Positions 13,801 to 27,100 are shown, counted from the stretch's first letter. The stretch: DNA of 57,311 bases from Pocillopora damicornis (GCF_003704095.1 NW_020846105.1:186001-243311); one strand, 5' to 3'. Program-made: numbers and translations. The notes: generated by a model from the sequence alone, not told the origin.

Positions 13801-14525
13801 TCAATTTTTAGGTTCTTCTTGATAACTTTCCAGCTGCAGATGTTATGACATTTATAGCTAGGCTCTTTCTTCTGTTTCAACTTACCACCGTGTTTCCTCT
13901 GGCCATGTATGTCATACGTGTGCAGTTCATGTTCTATTTCTTCAAAAAAACCTATCCCAGGTGAGTTTGTTTCTAGATCTTCTGCCCTGCATGTGCTCAG
14001 GTAACAGGTTGCAAAATAGTTTTTGTAGTGTAGCAATATACTTTTTTTAGTATCCAGTGCAATTTTTCATACCTAAGCAATATTGCATGTGTTCTACTAA
14101 GGTAACTTCCTCTCTTTTAATTGAGCTGATATTCTTTTACACAGCTATCTACATGTGTTTATCCTAAACTTTGTACTGATTGGGACCTGTGTATTATTTG
14201 CTGTGGTCTACCCACATGTTGGTGACTTTATCAGGTAACTAATAATGGACAACCTAACTGTCATGTGAGCATGTGATATATGGTGTTTTAGAAATTTTCA
14301 TGGAGGACCTTTTCATTTTGTTTTATATTATTGTTATTTTATCCCATTTAAAGGTATGCGGGATCATTAAGTGGAGTGGCCTATGATTATGCACTACCCT
14401 GTATTGTGTACATAGTGATACAGAAGCAAAAAGGAAAGCTGTCTTGGCTGAGTGCTGGATTCCATTCTATTATTGTTTTGCTTGGGTTTGCTAACTTAAT
14501 GGCTCAGTTCTTCACTTCTGCTTGA
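7816..14525 (+). CDS. SLC38A9: SLC38A9-like lysosomal amino acid transporter, copy B (complete, 547 aa)
   Basis: Fourteen exons: 7816-7952, 8998-9163, 9291-9370, 10150-10213, 10375-10468, 10920-11087, 11225-11275, 11504-11677, 12283-12369, 12997-13103, 13452-13556, 13812-13960, 14145-14234, 14354-14525. They total 1644 nt, open from ATG to TGA. The N-tail has an EKSPLI dileucine-type motif plus RKPF, NRYRYISRL and IIPSHLLP. TM1 is WNTMMGTSLLSMPW. Intron positions match copy A. Confidence 0.92.
9423..9607. mobile_element. MITE with piggyBac-like ends
   Basis: TTAA|CCCTTTAACTCTCA ... TGAGAGTGAAGGG|TTAC, with internal similarity to the 3187 element (e.g. ACCAAATTCT). Confidence 0.7.
10508..10687 (-). 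mobile_element. Degenerate MITE of the 3187 family, reverse orientation
   Basis: GATCTGATTATTAATTTTCCC...GAGAATTTGGTG...GAGTATTCTCAT...GGGAGTTATAGG is the reverse complement of blocks in the 3187 element. Ends are eroded. Confidence 0.6.
12569..12783. mobile_element. MITE with piggyBac-like ends
   Basis: TCAATCCTTTACGTCCTAA ... TTAGGGTGAAAGGGGTTAA termini. The core GACAAGGAGAATTTGTT is shared, inverted, with the 13232 copy. Confidence 0.65.
13232..13427. mobile_element. MITE, inverted relative to the 12569 copy
   Basis: 13345-13402 is a close reverse complement of 12602-12658. Confidence 0.65.
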
Positions 14526-16722
14526 GACTTTACTGAGAAATTAAGTGGATAATGCATGAAAGTGGTGGCACTCTAGAGGTGGTAATAAGAAAACTTCATT
14601 TGCCTTGAGTCTAGGTTGTCTTCTTTGCCAAAGGTGTTTGAAGTGTTCACAAATGTTCCTAACTATAAATTTACAGGCAAGTTATGAATTGGTAAACTTT
14701 TTTGTTGCTACTAAGTGTTAATGACCAGCAACTCTGCATTGGTAGGTCACTATTACATAATGACACATAACAAACCTAAAAACCATTTCTAAATTTTTGC
14801 TACCATGAAGACATTTATACCATCACAAGTGAGGGTTTAAAATACTTTGCATCTCATAGAACAGTGTGATAGTTATTAAGAGCACTTTAGAAAAGATTAA
14901 GCATAAGGCAAATGTATTTGCTTGTAAATAAAAGATGCTTTTGACATATTTTCAGAGTCATATCTCTGGATAATATTTGTACTATGTTATCATCATGATG
15001 TTTCAATGACAACTTATTATCTTGGGTGTGTGTATATATTGTATGCAATTTACTTATATGTTTTTCCTGATTATGTTTGAATGACGTGGCCTTATTTCCC
15101 AAAGACAGGGTCCAAGTTGTTTGTAAGGCATCAAGCCAAAACCATTACTTCATTTTAATACTTGAGAAAAATCTTTGAATTATTAAGGCAATTAAGAAGT
15201 TTCAGTTTTCATGTAGTGGAATAGTTTGAGAGTTACAATAGTCTGGTGCCTGGGTGTTGAGGTTTAAAAGCATTTTGTGCTATTTTCAATATAATTGCCA
15301 AATAGCACTTTACTGGCTTAATGGGTATTAATAGCAGTTACATGTATTTGCTTGATGGCCAGTTTTGTGGATTCATTTGTTTTTAAAATGTGTATTTAAG
15401 ATTTTATTTCAAATAATGGTTGAGCCATGTACTGCTTCTGCCCTTACCAAGAATATGTTAAAAAATGTGTGGTTTGATTGTTTGTTTGATGGATGGGTAG
15501 AAAGTGATTGCTTGATTGCAGGCATAATCTGGAGAGACACATGCAATGCCCCTTTTTTTTAGGAAGGGACCACCATGTTTTGGGAAATGTATGGTTTTAG
15601 TTATTGAAAGTTATGTTTAAAAAATGGTCCCCTTCAGAGTATTGTGGTGTTCTTATGGCTCTTCAGTGTCAATGTTAGAAAGGCTGCCTCTGTTTCTGTG
15701 TGTGGGGTAAATGAGTAAAAGGCAGTATGAAACAAGGTAAAAACCAAAACCTTATATCCAAGATCTTTTGGGGTTAAGCTTTATTTTCAGCCCTTTTGTA
15801 AGTTAAATAATCAAGTATATTTATAAATAATTCAATATTTTTTAATCTCTTTAAAATTTCAGAAAGATCCCCCTTTACCTATTTATCTTGCAATGTTGAA
15901 GTAACGTCATTGATTTAATACCTCATTATTTAAATATATGGTTATGTTTGACTAAGAATGGGGTTTTTGGCTTTGTTGATCAAGAGAGGAACACCTTTCT
16001 AATATCAGTTTGGAAAAAATACGTCTTCAGGATACCTTAATTTTGAAATAATCCTGAGTAAACTTATTTCAATTTTAACTGAAAATTCTTGAAGGATTAA
16101 TTTCTTACATAAGTAGTTTTAATTGTTCACAAAGAAATGTACTTCAAATCCTAATCTGACATAAGTCAAGTAAATCAGCTTAATTTAATTGACTTAAATT
16201 GCAAAATGAATTGCTATATTATTTACATTCAAAAATAAGCATAGCCCTTAATGGAGTAATCAAACATAAAAAAAAACTCACCAATTTAAATGAAATAGAA
16301 AATACATTTACTTTAAGACCTGTTCCAATGAATAAATGAAAATATCCCTTGACTTAGACACTTTGTAAAATGTTCTGTGTTGTATTATTAACTCAAACAA
16401 AAAACTGATTGTTTCACCGGTAAAACTTAAAGTATTTGTTGTAATAATTTAATAAACAGTAATCATAAAAACATCTTGAGTAGAGCCTCAACTCAACTTA
16501 TGCAGGTACCTCACTCACTCTCATCAAAGTTAGCTGGAAAATACTTGTTGAGAACCTAATATTCTTTAATAAAGAATCAAGCTAATCTTGGAACTATAAG
16601 CATATATACTTGTTATAGCAACTCTCACAAATCATTCAGTTGAATGATGATAAAGTTAAAGAGTTAAAGTAAGTAAATAGATGAACATAATTGTACTTCA
16701 AAGTAAATCTTTTGCTTTTCAT

Positions 16723-19700
16723 TTATATATTATTGGGTGAGTCTCGTGGGAAATCTGTTAGCTCTTCATATTCGCCGTCATCGTATATGATGTCCTCTGG
16801 TCCAGCTTCCTCATACTGTTGATACTCGGCGATAAGATCGTTCATGTTGGAGTCAGCCTGCGAATTGAAAATCATATTAAAACCTGAGCTCAAATTTAGA
16901 CTTTATCACATCGGTGTGGTTCATACCCTTCCAAAACATCTAAATACCCAACCTGGAAGAAAGACAAGGGAGACTGTTGCCCTCTTTTTCGTTGTTTTTT
17001 TTCTTCAGTTTGGGTTATTGTAAGTGACTGCCAATGTTCTCACCGTGATATTTTTCCCCTGCCCTCCCCCGTTCCAATTATTAGAATTAACCTACTAGAA
17101 AACATTGGCTTTACTGACCATTTATTATAATGCTGAGGAAAGGAACGAGTAAAAGTTTGTGTTGGTTGTTCTAACAACCGATGCATGCCTGGAAAGCGAA
17201 GAAAAATTCCCCCCCAAAATGCCACCTTGTGAGGTTTACTCTGTACACAAATTCATATTTATCCAATGCTCAATTGAGAGCAAAATTTTTTTCAATAGTT
17301 TACATCTATGCGGCTCCTTTTCTATTTTTTGCTCCGTACATGTTTCATCCCACGTATACTTCCTTCCTGGTTGTTGTCGTAAGTATTTCTTTATCCGCGA
17401 ACATCAACATTAATAAATCTAACCAATCGGGGTGAAGCTCTTATACACCACGCAAATAACCAATGAGAGGGCGCAGCTTATCCACATGGCAGCGCGCGCC
17501 ATGGCGGGAATTTTGGTTTCTTTGTTTCGTAATCTGTTGCATAGCTTTGTTGCTCAAGCAAACTCATGTTATTCAGGAACGAGCACGTCAGCCTTTGAGC
17601 TTCGACACTGCCTTCCTTTACCTTTGCCTCATCTCATTGTTCTCGGCTTGTCAATTGCTAATTGTGCGTGCAATCGCTTGATCAGTCGTGTTTTGAGAAG
17701 AAAGTTTAATAAGGAACTGGAATTCAGGAACGAAGTCGGGAAGCGATGGCCATGCTCAAAAGTGTTATGAATGGAGAAAGGTCAGTTTGTCTATTATTCA
17801 GGATGTCGTTATTCTTTAAAAACTAAATTTTACTTTGTAACGAGAGTCAGAAATTCGGAACGCCTTTTATTGTGTTGGTCTGATGTAAACCTTTGTCTAA
17901 CTCGGCTGAATTGAATTTTAGCTAGTGCGAATTTTCACGCATTTTTGTCGATGTCACAAAAATGTATTCGTTTGTATTCTTTTCTGAGCTGACAATTCGC
18001 CAACGGGCCATGGCGATTTTTCTTTCAAAGCTTTCGTACTTAATTTGCTCGGAAACAAACAAAATTTCTTTCACAAAGCGTTGTCAAATACTTCAAAATG
18101 AAAAAATACTTCGTGGTTGGTAGTGCGCGGCGTTTGGTTTCGGCCAAGAGACTCATCAGAAACTTCGAAAATGTCAAAAAAAACTCGTTGAGCATCGCGC
18201 TCAAAGTCACGTTCGCGAATTCATGATGTTAACAGTCAAGCCCTACATCGCAGAAGGATTCCCAACTTCACGTTCACGAGGTAAAAGTTGTACAGTAAGA
18301 AATTGTCAAATACTTCTCGAAAAAAAACTTCGTGGCATAATTTAGAGTCTGTTCTAACGCGTTCCAGTGAACGCTCGTTTCCTGTTGGTGTTGTATTCAC
18401 ATGCGCACGGCTGATAGGATTTACTCTAATCCAGTTTAAAGTAGCCTTCACAATAAATTTATCAAGACTTTGAATGAAGCACCATTAATGAAAGACCATG
18501 AAATCAAGTTTGATATTTTAACGTGACTAAAACAGTGCCTGAGGTCAGTTTGTTAGCTTTAGCAACAGCCTGGCAACCAGTTAACCAATTAGTCTTCCAT
18601 GAAAGTTATATTTTACAATTAAAAACTTAAGAATTTGAGCGGTTCTTTGCTTAAAAGCCAGTTCAGTTTGTTTCTTTTCCTGATATTCTTGCTGCTTGAA
18701 TTTAAAACCAATTTATATTTCCATCTTGGATGTAAAAACGGCAATGTGAAAACAACTTTTTAGGTTATTGTGCCAAGAGGTCCTAGGTTTCGGAAAATTG
18801 CCATCTTACTTAATTGCGGTACTACTAACATTCTGCAGAAAGATAACTGGCCGCGTTGTGATCAGGTCATGGTGGGAGTTGACTTTAAAACCACTGAAAG
18901 TAATATTCCACTAGTTAGTTCTAAGCTCAAAAAACGGAATATGCTCGAAAAAGTGGCTGGTTTTCAAAGAAAATAACAAGGCAAAGATAAAAAATCACCT
19001 CGGTGAACTCCATGATATCCATGCCTTCCGTCGTGTACCAGTGGAGGAAAGCTCTCCTTCTGAACATGGCAGAAAACTGGTCAGTAAATCTTTTGAATGC
19101 TTCCTGTATGGCGGTACTGTTATAAAGAAAGGTGGCGGAGGTTTTTTGTCCTTTGGGCGGTACATTACACACAGCTGTTTTCATGTTATTCGGAATCCAA
19201 TCGACAAATGAAGTCGAATATGCGTTTTGCATTGCGGAGATGGTTTCCTCTACGTCCCTCATAGCGAGCTGGCCTCTGAACATAGCTGCAGCGGTAAGGT
19301 ACCTTCCCTGGCGCGGATCACAGGCTACCATCATGTTTTGAGGTCCGAACATGTTACTAGTAAGTTCCGAGATGCCGTATGATCTGTAGCTTTGAGAGTA
19401 TCGGCTGATGAGTGGTGCGTGGGCGGGAATGAAGAAATGAAGTCTTGGAAACGGAACCATATTTACTGCGAGTTTTCTAAGGTCTGCGTTTAGCTGTGGA
19501 GAGCACGTTGTCCGTAAGTACCCAAAGTTTGATTTAGTTATTTTAATTTGACAATTGCGTGGAAAAAATTGTTTACAGTCATAGCTTTACAAATGGCCAC
19601 CCTCTCCCCCTCCCCCACCCTTAAGGGCTGATATTTTTGGCCCCTGTGCAAGGTGCGCATAAAAACTAATATTTTAAAATGACACATCGACCACGCTTAG

Positions 19701-22700
19701 TTGATCACCGAATTATTCGCGTAGAGAAAATGAAATATCTGCAATATCGAAAGCGGACACTGAGATAACTGAAGAACTCATTTTCCCGTCTGGTTTCGTT
19801 TTGTTTACATTTATTATATTGTTTTCTATTTCTACTTGATATGTTTTGACTTTCGAACTAAGTTGTAAGAAACAATGGGTACTTTTTTGGAAAAAAGAAT
19901 ATTCTGTGTTTCAAAATGAACGTGTTATCATTTATTGTTACAGATTTAATTTAGCTTATTGATCATTACCTGACCAGGAAAGCGCAGCGAGGTCGTGACT
20001 CCTGCCATGGTCGTGGCCACTAGTTTGTTTAGTTCACTGTAAGTAGGCGTCTTCAGTTTTAAAACATTCGAACAGATATGGTACAAAGCCTCGTTATCAA
20101 TACAAATCGCTGCATCTGCAATGTCCACAAGATGATGAAAGCTTAGCGTAGCATTATATGGCTCAGTGACTGTCTCAGACACTCTTGGCGAGGGCAGCAC
20201 ACAAAAACTACTCAGTAGTCTATCCGGATATTCTTCGCGAATTTTTGACATTAAAAGCGATCCGAGGCCAGAGCCTGTCCCTCCTCCTAAAGAATGAGCC
20301 ACTTGAAAACCTTGCACACAATCACAAAATTCCGCCAGTTTTCGTATGCAGTCCATCCCTGCTTCTAGAAGTTCAGACCCTTCCGTATAAAATCCTTTGG
20401 CCCAATTGTTCGCCGCACTACTCTGACCTGTAATCGGAATTAAATATATGGATTACATACAAGATGAGTTGAGGTCGAGATATTATTGTAAAACAACAAT
20501 TGTTATAGCAGGATTGGCTATTAACACATGATTGAATATTTTCTCTAAATTATATTTTTGCGAACGTCATTTGGATTACTCTCCTAATTCGAACCAATAA
20601 TAATTTACAATAAAATTGCTAGTTCTCAAAGATAGTTTCCTTTCGCTTCTGTTTTCTTCAACTCACCACAAATGCAGTTGTCAGGGCTAAAGAGTCTTCC
20701 GTACTTTGAAGTGCGGAGTGAATCGATTGAGCCTGGTTCCAAATCCAGGCATGCTGCTCGTGGAATGTACCTGCCATCTGCATAAAAGAGAGAAAAATAA
20801 ATTCCTATCACCTGAGGGTAAAAACCCGAAACATTCAATCAGCGAACAACAGGCGAAATACTGAGTATGCAATAAATGATATAAGTTATCGTCAAAGACT
20901 TGACTTGACCAATAATTTGGCGCGGGAGCAAACAGCGAGAATTAAATCAAAACATTTAATAAGAACAAGATCTTTTATTCTGTAGTCTAGCAACTGCATG
21001 CCTGTATTAAGTCGTTTAAAGTAAAACCCTTTTTCTCAAAGATCTTTTCTAGCTGAAGGAAACCATGTGTAGGGATGATAGCTCTCTCTTTGTGGGGTGA
21101 GATGTACCCAGTGCTTACGCACCACTTACCCACTGTTTCGTTAAAATAAACGTTAAGTCTATCCAGTTGATTTGGAGTTTTTCCTGTGTAGTGCCCATCT
21201 GGCGAAATCCCGTGTTCATCAGAAATAAGTTCCCAAAACTGCATTAAGTCGAGAACAAGAGAAAGAAAGAAATAAATCGCATGCAGACAGATAGATAACA
21301 ATATGTTTGAGCTTGCTTCGTCCTTGAACGTCACATCTGTTTCAGCTTTTGTTTTGCAATGTGGTTGTCGTAGGATATGTATATTGTGGGTCACTGATTC
21401 GAGAAATATACCATCTTCATTTCTGTTATTTGCTACCGTGCCTGTTTCTTGTTGACTGCGGATAATTTGCGTTTGTTATTAATAAAGCAAGAAATAATAT
21501 AAAAACGATGACACCGTCCCATGAGTTAGAAATGCTGGTGGAAAGTTTTTGAAACGTTTTGTTCAAGAAATATGTAAGAAAAGGCGAAACTTGAGACAAG
21601 TTTTTCTGTTAATGTTGTCATTTGGAGCAAAAACGACCCTTAACAGGTGAATCGACAACAGCCTACAGTACTGCAGGTGGCCTAGTCTTACATCGTGACC
21701 AAGTAAAAGAATTTATTCCTTCCGGCGAGGTGAAATCTGTGAAAGCTGCGATTTCTTCTGAACCATAGTTATCACACTGGTTAATCAGTTAGTTCCTATT
21801 GATAAGAGTTATTTAGTTAGTTAGTTTTTTTTTCTTTTTTGCAGTTGTAGTTTTAATAGATCTTTTCTCCAAAATAGAACAAAAGCGAGGGCTTTAACAT
21901 TAGCTGGTAAATTAGAGACCTGCTTTTCATTAGGCAGGTGGTCTACAGAATTTTTTCTTGTTACTGCAGCTTAAAGTCTCTTTGCGTCCAACTTCAATAA
22001 AAATTGAACGTTTAGGAAGCAAAATATTTCCTCTTATTTACATGTGCATCTCTTGAGACAATTTCTTCTATTTGCTGATCAGTTTAAATTTATTGAACAG
22101 TTTAAATTTACCGAATAGTTCAAAATTGTTTTAGGCTCCGTGAACCCTTCTGCGACGGTAATTTGCGTTTAATTGATAAACTATAATTTCAATGAACCAC
22201 GCTGACTTTAAACTTGTTATATTGAAACAATGAAGGAAATCCATACTGTTGTTTGAAAAGATGGGCTTTTAAGTCGGCAGATTTTACGACTAGTGTTTCG
22301 TCAAATGTCAAAACATTTTCCTGTATAAATTAATAAATAGCCGTTTTCTGGAGCTACTGGCATCCAATATGAAATCTGTTTTATTGTCAAACGGACCGTG
22401 CACTTTAAAAAAGTCTTACTGAGTGGAAAAACTTGCAAACTGTACGTGTAACTGGAGGAATACCTCACATATAGTTTACAGATAATATTGGTATTTTGTG
22501 GAGATAACACTATATAGCATAAAATGAAAGAGATTCGTGATCTTTTTCCTCTAAATTTAGATGGTATTTTGAATTACTACCCATGTTTTTTGTTCACGGT
22601 GTTCAGCGGAAGATCTTGAATTTGTTAGCATCTAAGAAATTATCTGTAATAGTTTCAAAATTATTTTGCGAGGCAAAAGTGAGAGGGTTTTATCCTGGAT

Positions 22701-22907
22701 TCGACACTTAAGGATTTTTTTTGGGAGCTTCGTTCAACAACATCCACAAAAATGAGAACGCTTCATGCATTCCAACCCTGAAACCTTTAGATACCACAAC
22801 CTTTCGTCTGCTTAATGGATACAAGCTTTGACAAATACATGTTTAAATACCTTAGAACTTATCTGATTCCCACACTGTCCAACTTGAATGTGCACTATGT
22901 CTCTCAT
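16723..22907 (-). CDS. TUBB: Divergent beta-tubulin (454 aa, 6 exons)
   Basis: Exons 22907-22851, 21238-21130, 20777-20667, 20427-19970, 19493-18999 and 16857-16723 total 1365 nt and are open. Motifs: [69 protein letters not shown]. The first three exons (57/109/111 nt) match the vertebrate beta-tubulin exon sizes. Confidence 0.95.
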
Positions 22908-24073
22908 GATAGGTGCTTACTATTGCTGGATTGATCACCTTGCTTCTGTCAATTGTAAAACAAGGGTTTTTACTGCAAATATTGTCCCACACGGAAGTAA
23001 ATTTAGTTTGAAACAGCTCGTTGGCGTTGGTTCCTTCCGAGAGACATGTCTCATTAAATATTATTACTTAAGTTAGAGATATCTTCACCTTTTTACTGCC
23101 ACTTGACTCTGATTTTATATGGACAACTGAACACCTACATATCTCTATCTCAACCAATAGATAAACGACTCAGTAGTAAGGTTACGTTGCATTTACACAT
23201 TTAAACGGGATTTATTGGTCTCTAACTTGAATTCAAAAGGAGCTGTAACCTGGACTGGTAAAATTTTCATATCAAAAACTCTAAAGTTAGGAACATTTTC
23301 AGATTCTGTAAAGAGGAAAAGGTCTTACCTTGCAAACTTGTTCTTGAATGATGAACGCCACGGACCATGGTAAAGGCAATTAAGTATATTGTACAGGATC
23401 AGTTAACAGTAAGAGAAACTGAAACGGCCATTAGGACATATTTGAAATGAGCTACATTCTATCGATTGTTCGTTTGGATGAATAATTTATGACGGCCATG
23501 ATTGCTCTCTATTTGGGGGTGGTCCATTCATGGTGTCTTTCCAAGCGAAAGTAACAAATTGTCAGGCTAAAGGCTTCTTCAGGAGCTGTCGTCTTCCTAT
23601 TGGTCAAAAGTCAGATAACATGGGTCTAACAAAGGACTTTGTGGCCGCTCACACAAGTCGGTTTAAAATGAAACATTCAAAGACTCTTCACCCGCAGAGA
23701 AAAATCGTGAATGATTTGAGTCTATTCATAGCTACTGGGTTAATAAACTGTGTAGGTATAATTTCCACGGACATCAGCCTCGCGCAATGGAGATACTGAG
23801 TCCATGGTCAATCCAAAACAATTGGACAGTGTTTAATTCAACGAGTGCTTTCTTTATTGTTGTTTCCGGTGTCAAATTTGTTTCTGCCTTTGGGAATTGC
23901 AACGTTATCCAAATTCGGAGACTACTGTTTTTTTTTTCTTATTGAGATTTCCTTTGAGCGTACTGGTCAAACAGGGAGTGGGACGGGGCATACGCTCAAT
24001 CCTTGTGGTCTTCGATTGCAAATTAATGGATGTTAATTGTCTTGGTCCGACGAAAGCTCTACGATCAGATTAG

Positions 24074-24110
24074 CCGTCTCCGTACACCTGGTCGAGGTGT
24101 ACGGAGATGG
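24074..24110. repeat. 16-bp stem / 5-nt loop inverted repeat
   Basis: CCGTCTCCGTACACCT-ggtcg-AGGTGTACGGAGATGG, with one G:T pair. Confidence 0.85.
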
Positions 24111-27100
24111 TCACACCCTTGTTATTTTGTAACTTTAACAGAAAATTTAAGTTTTGATGTCTTACACTGTTACTATAGCACTTAACTTTGACCATCGAGA
24201 AAACGTAAATGCGGCCGATAGAGTGAAACGGAGAGCAGGTGGTGTCTTAAACACAAACTTCTTAAGTTTAAAAGTTATTCTTGCGCTATATTACAGAGAG
24301 TAACTTATTTAATCGATGCTTAGCCCGTTTCATTTCGCTGCGCTTGCATGTGTGTTAATCGATCCAAACTTCAAAGCACAGAGATTACGATGAGTAGAAC
24401 GGATGCTGGAATCAATCAGCATCGCGCTGCACGTAACTGTGACAGAAACTGAGTTGAAACGGAAATAAAATATAGAGTCTGACATGATTCATTGGCGGCA
24501 TCTCGTGAAACAGGCTCATTTAACGGTTCAATGCAAAGACATCCAGGGAGAGAATTAAAACAGGATCCAAAACAACTCGGCTGTGTGCTTAGAGCAGGTG
24601 GTAGTGTCAATAGTTTCTGGTGAAAAAAAACCAAGGCCCTGGGAACCACTGTAAGTTTTTGGCGGGCCGAAATCAGTCCAGTATTAAGTATGTTGATGTC
24701 GAAAAAAGAAAACACGGGTATTTAATTTTCTCTTAAGATTGACTGCCTGCTTAGGTCAAAGGTGTTCTTTACGTTCAAACCACATCTGTGTTCCTCTTTC
24801 TGCATTAAAAACCCTATGTTACATTGCCAGGTCTGATTATAATAATAACTTTCTATATAAAGGAGGTCGCCTTGCCCATAGGTAGTTTTACAGGCTAGTC
24901 ATATTTTGAGCAGTTCTCAAGTAAAGAAGCTTGACAAATTGATATTTCATATGTGAAATACATTTCCTACAATATGATCCGAGATTATCTTGGATAACAA
25001 GTCTTGTTCTTGAATGTGTTTGTTCTTGAACAGCGGAAAAGAAAATAGAAGTCAATACAGAGATCTGACACTAAGAAACTGTTCTAGTCGCACATTGGCT
25101 CTAAGATCAAATTCAAAATATCAAGATGACTGTAGAAACTTTAAAACTGTGACAAATTTTTGTTTTGTTTCTCTTTGACATTGATTCGCTAGTGTTCTCG
25201 TAGCTTTTAAGCACGTGATTGTATGTGAAAAACTTTGTAAGAAACTGAGAACACTCAAAGTAGTGTTACATTATAATTTGCAGTAGGTTCTTGAGACGCA
25301 GCACTAAATTTAAATGATAGATTGCACGTCCTTGATTGCTAAAAAACCCGTTTTGGTTTTTCTTTTGATTGTGATAATTCTTTTCACTTCTGTTTTACAG
25401 AATGCAGCTGCTATCGAATTTTTTTTTTCAGAAAAGTTAACATTGCTTGTTTAATTTCCTTTACGATGCCAAACTAAGCTTATACGACGAGAGAAAAAAA
25501 GTGACAAGTTGTTTATTTTTACCTAGCTAGGTTATACACTAAAGTCAGACTTACCATAAGGATCTATACAAACCTGCGGTTCTAAACATAGATGGTTCGA
25601 ATTAATTTTGTAGCACAACGAACATTGTGAAGTGCCGTCACAGGACTTCTGAAATATTTGAAAACGACGTACTCAATTCGGGTTCAGAGAACAAAAGGTA
25701 AATACTGCCATTTTGTAACATAACCATTCATGCATGGGAGAGTGGTAAAAAAACGGACGATGATGCATACGAGTATACATTCCTTTCTACTTTTTAGATA
25801 AAATAATATGCTTTTGAGCTTTATCAAAAATGTGTCCTCTTGATCAGGGTTTGAAGGTAGGCAGTTCAAGGACTGTACTGTTGTAGTTTGCTTTCTGTCT
25901 ATGAACATTCGCTCAAAATTACAGACTAAGCTGGATTATGTCGGCAAAAATTGGTTAACGTTAATCCGCTGACAAATACGAACAAAGAAATGGATAAAAA
26001 GTCGGTAATTTTCCACTAGGTGACCAAAAATATTATAACGTGACATTCCTCACAACGGAGCTACCTTACATTTATTTTCGAGAGTGCTTTTAAAGCTACG
26101 TGATGCAAACAATAATTGTAATAGGACAGATGTTGGTTTGATGTACCTTTAGCTGTCAGTTTGTTATCGACTTGTCCAAATGTTTTGAAAATGATTGAGT
26201 CATCTAGCCACAAATGTTTTCTTTGAAAATTAGCATGCAATTGTATTGCTTTGAGAAAAACCTTGAGCTGTGCTGAAGTAATTTCATCATGGATGTACAA
26301 ATTCTACTAAACCTTACCAGCTAGCGTTTCAAACTTATCCTAAAAAATGAATGAGAAATAAGTTAAAGCTTTCATTGCCAAAATCTAAACTGAAACTAAA
26401 AAAGAGTCTATCACGTATATTTGACTACTGCACACTGTTGACTTGAGCTTATTATGCAAACAGTATGCTTTAATTTTGAATGAGGCCCCCATCGTTTCCG
26501 GGGATTGCTCCAAGGATGACGTTGAAATCCTTAAGATATAAGGGCTCTCAATCCTTCATTTTCTCCAAGGGTTCCTTTTTGAGAAGAAAACGCTATTAAT
26601 TTATTGAAGTGGACAGCTACACATCGTCAGAATAATCTTTTATTCTCACGAAAAAACATTGTTTACCTTCAAAAAGCTAGTGGTTTGATATAAGGGAAAC
26701 GCTTTACGTGCATGACAACATTAAGGCCACACGTTTTTTGGTTAAGCAATGATAGGTTGTATAATTCGACTTTTTTTAAGAAAAACATTTTTTTTCTATT
26801 AATTTTTGATTGGTTTGTAAATAAATTTTAATACTTTGATGGCCTATTTTTCTGGTTTCACTGGCAAAATAACAGAATTAAAATCTGTGAAGCTTCTCCT
26901 TGGTCAATATAATTTGTCGGTTTTTGATTGGTTTCATGGATTTTAATTTGCAAATCAGTTAGTCACCGGATATTTAGCAGATTTGATTTATTACTTTGGA
27001 TCCTACGGGAAAGATGCCATTTGTAAGAAGAATCTTCCTTTATCAAGTTCAACGAAATACAATACGAAAATTGTTGTAAGTACATCAAATTTCTTCCGAC

